Of a stretch of 64,000 bases of DNA, positions 19,762 through 27,969 are shown piece after piece. The notes under the pieces were generated by a model. That model saw only the letters and a program-made list of their open reading frames with translations, was not told where the DNA came from and searched no databases. Origin of the DNA: a virus; IMG/VR virus record IMGVR_UViG_3300043570_000570, positions 52,183-116,182 of that record. One strand, written 5' to 3'. Within the stretch, counting starts at the first letter, position 1. Every line of letters starts with the position of its first letter. The position numbers and the translations under genes are program-made.

Positions 19762-19828
19762 CTGCTTAACTATAAAACAAAAAACCCCCAGATTTCTCTG
19801 AGGGTCTTAATAAATTACTTAATGTTAA

Positions 19829-20122
19829 TTAAAGTACTTCTGCTTGCGTAAAGGGAACAACAGGGGTCTCATCAGACTCAGTAGCAATGTGCTCATAAGT
19901 CTCCAAGTTGATTTGACCTTTACCGTAGGTCTCTTCAATCTTCTTAAAGAATTCGGTTTGTTCTTTGTTTACTTCTTTCATTATGTCCATTACTTGAGCT
20001 TTTACAGACTCAAGATCAGACAATTGAAGTTCAATTTTACCCAAGTCCATAATTACGTTCTGGGTTTTCTGTTGGAAGCCTTTGATTGCTTCGATTTCTT
20101 GTTGGTTTAATTTAGTTGCCAT
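19829..20122 (-). CDS. Coiled-coil hypothetical protein
   Basis: 97 aa; LG.IE...YGKGQINL pattern. Confidence 0.65.
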   Translation of the reverse strand: MATKLNQQEIEAIKGFQQKTQNVIMDLGKIELQLSDLESVKAQVMDIMKEVNKEQTEFFKKIEETYGKGQINLETYEHIATESDETPVVPFTQAEVL

Positions 20123-20200
20123 AGTATCTTTAATATAAATTTAGTTGGTTTATGCAAATATAATTCCTTTTGATAGATTAATGACAAATTGTCTAAACAA

Positions 20201-20488
20201 TTAAGCTTTTTCTAAGCCCAATTCTTCGATAGACCAATCAGCAATTACTGAATCATCAGTACCCCAAGTAGATACAATTGCTTCAGGAACGCTTAAGTTA
20301 CCTTCTGTCAAAGTGGCACCTACGCTTACTACTTCAACTCCTTCAGAGTCAGTAGAGGTAGATTCAGCTTTGATAGCCCAGTACAAAGAGATGCTACTAG
20401 GAAAAAGAGAGAAAGAAAGAACTGTTAAGTCCAAGTACTCGCCAGCACCTTTACCAGGTACGTTAACGGATTTAATTTTTGTTGCCAT
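20201..20488 (-). CDS. Small tail-fibre-associated protein
   Basis: EGNL...WGTDDS.I..W...LGL pattern typical of fibre-adjacent phage genes. Confidence 0.55.
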   Translation of the reverse strand: MATKIKSVNVPGKGAGEYLDLTVLSFSLFPSSISLYWAIKAESTSTDSEGVEVVSVGATLTEGNLSVPEAIVSTWGTDDSVIADWSIEELGLEKA

Positions 20489-20554
20489 AGGTATAAAAGA
20501 ATTATATAATATTTATTTTACAGTTTAAATTTATAAAAATAAGTCAAGCACTAA

Positions 20555-20629
20555 TTACACCAAAAGAAAGGTCAGCATAATGACTGACGCAATTATCAAA
20601 GCGATCCAACTACGACCGCTTAGTTTCAC
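20555..20629 (-). pseudogene. Truncated remnant of a histidine-kinase N-terminus
   Basis: GTG-start MKLSGRSWIALIIASVIMLTFLLV* vs MKLSIRSKVSVVIASVIMLAYLSFQ of 25092..26294 (14/24 identical); GTGA overlap with the upstream stop. Confidence 0.7.
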
Positions 20630-20967
20630 AAAGTGATGATTTCTACCTGTGTTGGATAAATCAAATCCAAAGCATTGAATACTGCGTTCACCAAAAGCAC
20701 TTCGGCTGATTTGGTTTCGTAATCCGCAACACTCAACTCCAACCCTGAGAAAGTAGTGTTAAAATCCTCAATCCCTTGAATCGGTGCTTTGCCTTCTGCC
20801 AATGCTTGTACACTTGCAAAAACAAATGTTGCGATTTGGGCGGGGATGATTCCGTCTTTTTGACTTTTTACATCTGCGTAACCTTCTGCGATTACAACGA
20901 TTGAACCCGATGGGATTGATAAACCGCTTGTAAGGTTTACGCTTGTATTGATTTGAATTGCTTTCAT
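20626..20967 (-). CDS. Tail-fibre-associated hypothetical protein
   Basis: 113 aa directly after the fibre, with the same atypical codon usage. Confidence 0.6.
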   Translation of the reverse strand: MKAIQINTSVNLTSGLSIPSGSIVVIAEGYADVKSQKDGIIPAQIATFVFASVQALAEGKAPIQGIEDFNTTFSGLELSVADYETKSAEVLLVNAVFNALDLIYPTQVEIITL

Positions 20968-20988
20968 ATATTTACAAAATTAAGTGTT

Positions 20989-22485
20989 TTACGCTAAAAG
21001 GATTTTTTGTGCTACCCCGTTAATTATTACATCCCAAGTTTTTGTTTGTAATGCGGTTGCAGTTGTTACTGCACCTGCGTTTGTTCCTGTACTACCGAAC
21101 ACACATTGGTTTGCTGCGGTTGCAGTTGCGTCTTTACCAAGAATTACGCTTCCACTAAAATTACCGCTTTGACAATTTTCGCCAATAGCGGTATTTGAAT
21201 TTCCTGTAGTGTTGTTTGACAATGCTTGTCTGCCTACTGCGGTATTAAAAGCACCCGTAGTTGAAGTTAACGCCGCATAACCTAATCCTGTATTTCTTGA
21301 ACCTGCCGCACCTGCTAACGCCTGATAACCTAATGCTGTAGTTTGAGTTCCTGTGGTAATATTAAGTCCTGCTTGATAACCTACTGCGGTATTTTCACCT
21401 CCCGTACTTAAAAGCAAAGATTGATAACCAATTGCGGTTACACCCGTGCCTGTGGAGTTGGCTTTTGCGGCTTCATAACCAACTGCCGTATTATTCTCAC
21501 CTGCGTTATTAAACAACGATGAATGACCGATTGCCGTACTTTTCGCACCTCCGCCTTGTCTTAGCGCCTGATAACCAATAGCGGTAATTCCCGAACCAAA
21601 AACATTGGAAAACGCTGCCTCATAACCTACCGCCACATTGCTTGTTCCATTTTGGTTTGAATTCATACTACTAAATCCAAATGCAGTATTATAAACGCCT
21701 GTGTTGTTTGCATTTAAAGAAGATTGACCCATTGCAGTATTGCCCGAACCCGTGCTATTGGCAATTAAAGCCAATCTACCAAATGCCGTGTTTGATGCTA
21801 TTGCGTTTTTCCCTAAATTGTAAACGCTGCCATCATCAGTTACTTGCAAACTTGCAACTCCGCTACTATTCTGTACCAAAAGCGATGTAGTGGCGGATGT
21901 TGAGCCACTGCCACGAACTTGTAAACGAGCGGTAGGTGCTGATTGTTGACCAATGTATACACCTTCGGGGTAAAGTCTACCACCGCCTGACCCTTGATAG
22001 TTAGCCCATTGCATTGCATATGTACCAACACCCGAACCCGCATTTAATAACATACCAAATCCACCCGCATTTGTATTTCGTAACCGAGCAAATACATCAC
22101 CATTGATATTTTGCGAAACATCTAATCCACAAAGTGGCGAATTAGTCCCAACTCCCAACCTATTATTGGTATCATCCCAAAAGAAGTTAGCGGCATCACT
22201 TGAAAATGCAGAGCCATCGCTGAACTGAATTGCACCTGCGACTCCGCTTGGGTTTGCTGCGATTGTTATGTTGCCACTTCCCAACAAACTTGTTGAGTTT
22301 ATTGTCTTGATATTCGTTCCCGAAACAAGTGAATCTTGTTTGGTAGCAAGAGCCGTAAGAGCAGGAAGAGAGATAGGAAGGTTGTCTAGCTTTACCTTCT
22401 TAGTTAGGTCGTTAGCTATATCTACTGTTACAAGTAAGTCGTTACCTGTTGGAGCAATTAACTCTGGAAAGTCTGTTATTCTCAT
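20989..22485 (-). CDS. Tail fibre / receptor-binding protein with NTAxG beta-roll repeats
   Basis: Many NTAVGYxA repeats (YadA-head-like); FWDDTNNRLGVG and KQDSLVSGTNIKTIN fibre modules. Confidence 0.8.
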   Translation of the reverse strand: MRITDFPELIAPTGNDLLVTVDIANDLTKKVKLDNLPISLPALTALATKQDSLVSGTNIKTINSTSLLGSGNITIAANPSGVAGAIQFSDGSAFSSDAANFFWDDTNNRLGVGTNSPLCGLDVSQNINGDVFARLRNTNAGGFGMLLNAGSGVGTYAMQWANYQGSGGGRLYPEGVYIGQQSAPTARLQVRGSGSTSATTSLLVQNSSGVASLQVTDDGSVYNLGKNAIASNTAFGRLALIANSTGSGNTAMGQSSLNANNTGVYNTAFGFSSMNSNQNGTSNVAVGYEAAFSNVFGSGITAIGYQALRQGGGAKSTAIGHSSLFNNAGENNTAVGYEAAKANSTGTGVTAIGYQSLLLSTGGENTAVGYQAGLNITTGTQTTALGYQALAGAAGSRNTGLGYAALTSTTGAFNTAVGRQALSNNTTGNSNTAIGENCQSGNFSGSVILGKDATATAANQCVFGSTGTNAGAVTTATALQTKTWDVIINGVAQKILLA

Positions 22486-22540
22486 TTAGTTTAGTTTTTA
22501 ATTATACTTTAATTATACTTTAGTTGTACTTTAGTTACAC

Positions 22541-23188
22541 TTAAGCAGTATAGGTTCTAGTGTATGATGTTATGGCTGCTCCTTTAGCAAGAATAGGCAT
22601 TAGATTAGTTCTGTTGTAGAAGCTACTTGTTAGGCTTTTTCCTGAAGAGTCACTTATAGGTACTCTAGCCTCGTAAGTATATGTAGGCATTTCTATAGGT
22701 TGGTAGCTTTGAGTTTGGATAGATTCGTTACTTTGGCTCTTCAAGGAGACAAAGGATGGGCCAGATTGGCTTTCTATAGTAACCTCTTCGTAGGTTCCTT
22801 GTGTAGTTATAGTTAAGAAAGCCTGACTCTGTAATTCTCCTTCAGCATAGTTTCTTATTGCTTCTTCTACGTATTCTGCTTGTGTGTAGGTACCTTCAAA
22901 TAAAACTGTGTTTAATGGAAGAGAGTTATTTGCTAAGAGATTAGATTCTATGTAGATCTCTACAAATAGTTCAAAATCTTTGGGGTTTCTTATTTTATTT
23001 CCTGTCTTAACTTTAAGTTTAGTTTTAGTGCTATCTAAAGTTATTTGAGGATGAAAACTGCCTATTAAAGTAAACTTCAACCTACTTAAGTCTGCATTGT
23101 TTAAATAAACAGACTTAGGTTTATCTTTTATTACAAGAGACAGTAGGTTTTCTAGAAAATTATTAGATATAGTATATCTAGTAGACAT
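22541..23188 (-). CDS. Hypothetical (possibly structural) protein
   Basis: 215 aa, preceded by a promoter at 23214-23243. Confidence 0.55.
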   Translation of the reverse strand: MSTRYTISNNFLENLLSLVIKDKPKSVYLNNADLSRLKFTLIGSFHPQITLDSTKTKLKVKTGNKIRNPKDFELFVEIYIESNLLANNSLPLNTVLFEGTYTQAEYVEEAIRNYAEGELQSQAFLTITTQGTYEEVTIESQSGPSFVSLKSQSNESIQTQSYQPIEMPTYTYEARVPISDSSGKSLTSSFYNRTNLMPILAKGAAITSYTRTYTA

Positions 23189-23213
23189 TAGTAGAGATCA
23201 ATACGTATTATTA

Positions 23214-23243
23214 CAAAGATATAAAAATGCAAAATAAAGTCAA
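23214..23243 (-). promoter_or_regulatory. Promoter TTGAC-N17-TATCTTTG
   Basis: Same spacing as other copies. Confidence 0.65.
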
Positions 23244-23294
23244 GGGAAGTGCATAGATGGGTAGCAGAAGATAGTAACTCTTACTACTATGATC

Positions 23295-23870
23295 TTACTT
23301 CTGAAACCTCAGATAATCTGTAGTACCTGGATCTTCGTTCTTGAAATAATAGACTTCCTTTACTTTACCGTACTTGATAGTCTTTAAAAATCCATCAGGG
23401 ATAGTAGCTCCTGTTGGTAATCTTAAGCTAGTTTTAGAGTAGACCATCTTGATCTCTACCTCAACACTCTGACTCTTAGAAAGCTCTCTTTCTCTTACTT
23501 CTAATAGTCTCCAAGCTCCTCTGTTTAACTTCTCGTGCTGAAGAACACAGTTAAGGTAAGAAAAGGTTTGCCATAAGGTAGGTCTATCACAGTTAAAATC
23601 AGCTGCTGGAGCACAATGTCCCTTATCCCATACATTTCCTTCATAGTCTTTTCCGTCTGAAGTCTTAATAGAGTCGTTAGTGTAGAAGTCCATTCCCTTT
23701 CTAGGATAAGAACCCAAGGGACATTGGACAATGTACCAAACTCGCTTAGGCTGTTGTAAGATCTCTGAGTAAACACAAGAGTATATAGGAGTCTTTACAA
23801 AGACAGAGTCTCTCTGAGAGTAACTAGTACCTAGTACTAGAAAACTTAAAATAAAAAGTAATTGTTTCAT
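23295..23870 (-). CDS. Exported DNA/RNA non-specific endonuclease (NucA/EndoG family)
   Basis: Signal peptide SYS|Q; DKGH active site, TF.YLN, Q...LNRG.W..LE, IPDGF. Confidence 0.9.
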   Translation of the reverse strand: MKQLLFILSFLVLGTSYSQRDSVFVKTPIYSCVYSEILQQPKRVWYIVQCPLGSYPRKGMDFYTNDSIKTSDGKDYEGNVWDKGHCAPAADFNCDRPTLWQTFSYLNCVLQHEKLNRGAWRLLEVRERELSKSQSVEVEIKMVYSKTSLRLPTGATIPDGFLKTIKYGKVKEVYYFKNEDPGTTDYLRFQK

Positions 23871-23897
23871 TGTTTAATTTTTTAGTTGTTTCATTGT

Positions 23898-24065
23898 TTA
23901 ATTAAAAGTGTTTCTGTCTTTCTTAGCAAACGCTTGATCTATAAAAAAAGTTAGACCAAACATAATAATAATAGTCATTGCTGCATTAAAGACGCTTACA
24001 ACATACATCTCTGCTTCTTTAGAAGTTTCTACTACTGATAGTAACGTGGATAAAATTAGTGTCAT
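23898..24065 (-). CDS. Small membrane protein (55 aa)
   Basis: MTLILSTLL...NAAMTIIIMFGLTFFID; ATGA-coupled to the upstream stop; not in ORF track. Confidence 0.55.
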   Translation of the reverse strand: MTLILSTLLSVVETSKEAEMYVVSVFNAAMTIIIMFGLTFFIDQAFAKKDRNTFN

Positions 24066-24646
24066 TTTTTTGAGTCTTTTGAATCTTTTGAATCTTTGGA
24101 GTCTTTTGAATCTGTCATGTGTTTAACTCCCATTATTGTTCCGATAATAGAAAAACAGTTGGTTAGAATAATACCAAACATATTACTCCAGGTACTCTCG
24201 ATGATCTTAGAGTCTAGTCCTCTGCTTAGTACGAAAAGATAAAGTACAGTAGTAAGTATACAAACAGCACCTACAGCTCCCAAAGCTACCTTTACTATCA
24301 AACCAATAAGCTCAAACTGGGTTTTTTTCTGAAGTGTTTCTAAATCATCAACTGCCAATTCTCTCAACTTCTCAGACTCAGACAAAGCCTGCTTTAGTTC
24401 AAGCATTAGTTTTTCTTTCTCTGCTTGGCTCTCTATTAGGTCTTTGTTCTGGGACTGTACTTGCTTAGTTACTTCTAGTCTTTTTCTACGAGTGTCTTGG
24501 TCTTTGGTCTTAGCCTCGTCTAAGTAGTCTTGAAAGTTTTTATCCTGAGTTTTTACTACCTTAAGTAAGTTTCCCTCTAATGCAATCTTCTTAGATTTGT
24601 AGAGGGAGACAAGAGAGCTTTCAATATCTTTACCAAAGGATATCAC
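24062..24646 (-). CDS. Coiled-coil plus two-TM membrane protein in the two-component operon
   Basis: GTG start abutting the receiver stop; C-terminal (KDS)n tandem repeat. Confidence 0.7.
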   Translation of the reverse strand: MISFGKDIESSLVSLYKSKKIALEGNLLKVVKTQDKNFQDYLDEAKTKDQDTRRKRLEVTKQVQSQNKDLIESQAEKEKLMLELKQALSESEKLRELAVDDLETLQKKTQFELIGLIVKVALGAVGAVCILTTVLYLFVLSRGLDSKIIESTWSNMFGIILTNCFSIIGTIMGVKHMTDSKDSKDSKDSKDSKK

Positions 24647-25084
24647 TTACTTATATACTTTAAAGGAAGCAGTTTTATTCTTATACCCCTCATAGTCCTT
24701 ACGAAAAGATTCTAGTCTAGGTTCAATCTCATCTGACTTGATGATCCAGAACTGAGCACCTACAGCTTTTGCTTTTTCTATTTCTTGTTTATCATCAGAA
24801 CTAGAAATAATCCCTATCACCACTCCGTTGCCGTACTCAAAGTTAATCTTACGAATCAACTCTATGCCGTCAAAAGAAGAACCAATAATATTAAGGTCTA
24901 CAAAAACGCATTCAGGTCTTTCATCTGCAGGTCCTTCAACAAACCATCTCTTAAACAATCTATCAGCTTCATCAGAAGAAGTTAGAGTTTGCAGAGAAAG
25001 AGTAATGTCTAATAAGCTACAAGAATCCTCAAACACTAAGTGAAAAAGGTCTTCGTCATCTACGAGTAATATTGAGTCTATCAT
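24647..25084 (-). CDS. Single-domain response regulator (CheY-like receiver)
   Basis: ILLVDDE, phospho-Asp in VFVDLN, DGIEL, ISSS, GA..WIIK; no output domain. Confidence 0.9.
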   Translation of the reverse strand: MIDSILLVDDEDLFHLVFEDSCSLLDITLSLQTLTSSDEADRLFKRWFVEGPADERPECVFVDLNIIGSSFDGIELIRKINFEYGNGVVIGIISSSDDKQEIEKAKAVGAQFWIIKSDEIEPRLESFRKDYEGYKNKTASFKVYK

Positions 25085-25091
25085 ATTTTGT

Positions 25092-26294
25092 TTATTTTAC
25101 TTTTATCTTAAGTTTAGTTCCTGTTTCTGGTTCTTCTAGTTTCTCAGCTGTTACTTCAAACTTATGTTCTTCCATAATAGCTGTACATATGTTTAACCCT
25201 AGTCCTGTACCTGCCTCTGTCTGACCTTCTTTCCTCTTATAAGGCTTAGACCACTGTACAAAATCTTCCTGAGACATTCCCCTTCCATTATCTTCAATAA
25301 CTAAAAAATTCCCTTCAGCAAAAATACGTACTAACTTAGTGCTAGAGTCGTTATATTTTAAACCGTTTCTTATTAAATTATCAATCGCTGTACAGAACAA
25401 AGATTCGTTTACTTCAATCTCAGGTAACTCTTCAATAACTACTTGCTTCTCGTAAGAAGTAGAAGATAGGTAGCTGTGTAGAATGTCTTTTAGATTGTGT
25501 TGCTGAACCTCTAAGTGAGCATCTTGCTTAACCAAGTTAGTAAACTCTTTAACTCCGTTATAAACCTTTTGAGTGTGAATCAATCCTTCTGTAATCATTC
25601 TTAGCGGAGCATCTATCTTTAACTCTTTAATCTGCTCTTCAGTCAGTCTTCTTTTTAAGGAAGAAAGTCCCCTAGGAATATAAGTGTTAATTCCTGAGTG
25701 CATATCATGTCTTAAAATCTTAGCAGCATGTTCCAAATAGGAATTCTTTTTAGCAACCTCTGCCTCAATTCTCTTTTTCTCAGTAATCTCCGTAGCAATT
25801 AAAAGAATTTTATAAACCTCTCCGTAAGGATCTTTAATAGGATTGAAGTTTCCATAAAGCCAAGTATTGCCAAACTCATACTCTCCTTGCTTGAAATAGC
25901 CTATTCTTAAATGTGTCCAGAACTCTAACCAATCTCTCTTAGAAGAGTTGTCTAACTCCCTATGACTTTTAACCTCACCAAATATTCGCTTAAACCTGTC
26001 ATTCATACTTAACACTTCTCCATAAGTATCAAACTCTACTAGTAAGTTAGAATTATTAATTGCTTTAAAAGTAGCATCTACACTCTGAAACTTATACCTA
26101 GCTCTCCTTACAAACTCTATAGCAGGATAAAAGAAAAAAGGTAAAAACCCTACTATACACCAATACCCTACTAAATCCCGCTGGTAACTAGAATCTGTGT
26201 ACTTGAAAACAATAGCACTCTGAAAACTTAAATAAGCCAACATTATCACAGAAGCAATAACAACTGATACCTTAGACCTTATACTTAGTTTCAT
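25092..26294 (-). CDS. Membrane sensor histidine kinase (2 TM, PAS/PAC-like, HisKA, HATPase)
   Basis: H-box LRHDM, N-box NLIRNGLKY, G1 EDNGRGM, G2 GTGLGL. Confidence 0.92.
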   Translation of the reverse strand: MKLSIRSKVSVVIASVIMLAYLSFQSAIVFKYTDSSYQRDLVGYWCIVGFLPFFFYPAIEFVRRARYKFQSVDATFKAINNSNLLVEFDTYGEVLSMNDRFKRIFGEVKSHRELDNSSKRDWLEFWTHLRIGYFKQGEYEFGNTWLYGNFNPIKDPYGEVYKILLIATEITEKKRIEAEVAKKNSYLEHAAKILRHDMHSGINTYIPRGLSSLKRRLTEEQIKELKIDAPLRMITEGLIHTQKVYNGVKEFTNLVKQDAHLEVQQHNLKDILHSYLSSTSYEKQVVIEELPEIEVNESLFCTAIDNLIRNGLKYNDSSTKLVRIFAEGNFLVIEDNGRGMSQEDFVQWSKPYKRKEGQTEAGTGLGLNICTAIMEEHKFEVTAEKLEEPETGTKLKIKVK

Positions 26295-26367
26295 CTTTTA
26301 AAGTTAATTGGATGACACAAATATAAGCTAACTTTAAATAAATCAAAGTCTTGTCTCTGAAAACTTA

Positions 26368-26570
26368 TCTCCCCAAAATTTTTAGACCCCCCATCCCAAA
26401 ATTTCTCCCAAAATTTTTTCTAAAATTTTTAGACCCCTAAAATTTTTTATGTTCATAGGAGGGTGGGACCAAAATTTTATACCCCCGTCAACTTGATTAT
26501 ATCTATATGAGGGTGGGGGACACCAATTTAACATACCCCATCCCAAAATTGGCGCTAGGGGTACCCCCTA
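26368..26570. repeat. Repeated CC(C)AAAATTT(T) / C-tract cluster at the late/early strand switch
   Basis: Several AAAATTT units, two AAAATTTTTAGACCCC, two CCCCATCCCAAAATT and G/C runs in a divergent intergenic region. Confidence 0.6.
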
Positions 26571-26590
26571 TAAAACGCTATAAAAAAAAT

Positions 26591-26914
26591 ATGAAAACAA
26601 ATCTAGACTTCGATGGTAAGACAATCAATGAGATTGGCTTAGAAATGACAAATGTGTTTCGTACACAAGGTGCAACAAAGGCTCCAGGCTTCAACATTCT
26701 CACGGGTGAGAAAGATGAACAAGGCAAAGAGCAAGTGGTGTTTGTTTGGTTGAGTAAGAATTTGAATGCTCAATGGGAAGATGAACGCTTTAAAACGGTT
26801 GCTGGCAACTCAGTGGTTCTTGAAGTAACCTTCAAGGAAACAGGGCATAAGGCACTTGTTTGTTGTACTCCTCAAATCCGCAACAAAATGGCGGATGCAG
26901 AAGTGTGGGATTAA
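26591..26914 (+). CDS. First early-region protein, hypothetical
   Basis: Likely start MKTNLDF after an A-run (ORF-track start 26507 lies within the repeats). Confidence 0.65.
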   Translation: MKTNLDFDGKTINEIGLEMTNVFRTQGATKAPGFNILTGEKDEQGKEQVVFVWLSKNLNAQWEDERFKTVAGNSVVLEVTFKETGHKALVCCTPQIRNKMADAEVWD

Positions 26915-27307
26915 CCCACACTTTGTGGGACAAAGGGTAACTTAACTGTTTAACCTTGCCATTTTACTGTGCATTCTTCTCATTTATCTATGAAATGATA
27001 GTTTTTTTGGTCTCAGCCCGGTAAATAACGAGACAAGACTAAAGAATTCTATCATTTTATGGTATATATGTAGTGGTAAATAGTGGGGAATCACTCCCTT
27101 CAATCTTCTATTTATCACTTAAAAGTGGGTAATTGTGGGGTTGACATGGTACGTTATGAATAATTTGTTGTTCTTATGTTAAATTAGACAACTATTAACC
27201 TCTATAACCTCATTACCCTGTCTTATGCTTTTCTCTTATCTTCTCTTACGTAGTAATCATCATTAGCCTGATGATTCCTTAACTGATTCTAAGCGAACTT
27301 TACGCTT

Positions 27308-27369
27308 GGTCGACTATGCGACCTTAAATAGCCTTTAGGCATAGTGCGTCACTATATGAGTGGGTATGG
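27308..27369 (+). ncRNA. Pistol self-cleaving ribozyme
   Basis: P1 GGTCG/CGACC, loop ACTATG pairing with CATAGT (pseudoknot), TTAAATAG linker, GCG, P3 TCACT/AGTGG, GT cleavage site 27364-27365; P2 (CCT/ATGG) imperfect. Confidence 0.8.
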
Positions 27370-27524
27370 AAACAATAATTAAAGAGTATTACTTAACTGA
27401 AGGAAGTAAGTTAGTAAATTATAGCATAGGTACTAATGGTGTTGATTGTTGGTTTGATACTAATGATATTAGACAACACAGATGTTTATCTATTGAAGAT
27501 TTTGAACTTATTAAGGGGGCTTAA
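27366..27524 (+). CDS. Early mini-gene (52 aa)
   Basis: METIIKEYYL...LIKGA*; ATG lies in the pistol P2 strand. Confidence 0.6.
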   Translation: METIIKEYYLTEGSKLVNYSIGTNGVDCWFDTNDIRQHRCLSIEDFELIKGA

Positions 27525-27554
27525 TCGCCTCCTTTAAACTTTAATAAAAAGAAT

Positions 27555-27686
27555 ATGAAAACAATAGAACAAACAATTGATAGTTTAGAACAGCAAGTAA
27601 GAGATACATATCCTTCATGGAATAATGAAATGATTAGGTCTAAGGCTGTTAGAATGTATTATTTAAATGAAGAGTTGGGAGCTTAG
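27555..27686 (+). CDS. Early mini-gene (43 aa)
   Basis: MKTIEQTIDSLE...EELGA*, A-rich leader. Confidence 0.6.
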   Translation: MKTIEQTIDSLEQQVRDTYPSWNNEMIRSKAVRMYYLNEELGA

Positions 27687-27712
27687 TCTCCCTTTACTTT
27701 AACTAAACAAAT

Positions 27713-27862
27713 ATGAAAAACTATAGAGTCACCTACTATAATACAGAATATAGCATTAAGTCTATTTCTGTTATGGCTTTTACTCAAGAAGAAGCAAGAA
27801 CTTATGTATATAGTCACATAGAAGATTGTGTTCAAACACTCTCTGCTGAATATATATACTAA
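27713..27862 (+). CDS. Early mini-gene (49 aa)
   Basis: MKNYRVTYY...AFTQEEAR..., A-rich leader. Confidence 0.6.
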   Translation: MKNYRVTYYNTEYSIKSISVMAFTQEEARTYVYSHIEDCVQTLSAEYIY

Positions 27863-27867
27863 ACATT

Positions 27868-27969
27868 ATCAAAGAGTAGTAACACTGCATGTAAACTGGT
27901 TATCCTTGATTACAGTATGCAGACCTTTACATAGTAAATCAAGCTATGTTATGTATTGGACTCTTTGAT
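27868..27969 (+). ncRNA. Unassigned three-way-junction RNA with kissing loops
   Basis: 10-bp closing stem and two inner hairpins whose loops CTTGATT/AATCAAG are complementary. Confidence 0.55.

Noticed and set aside
27255-27300. CTGATGA suggesting a hammerhead ribozyme
   Set aside because: It lies in a simple AATCATCA/TGATGATT hairpin, with no correctly placed stem II-GAAA
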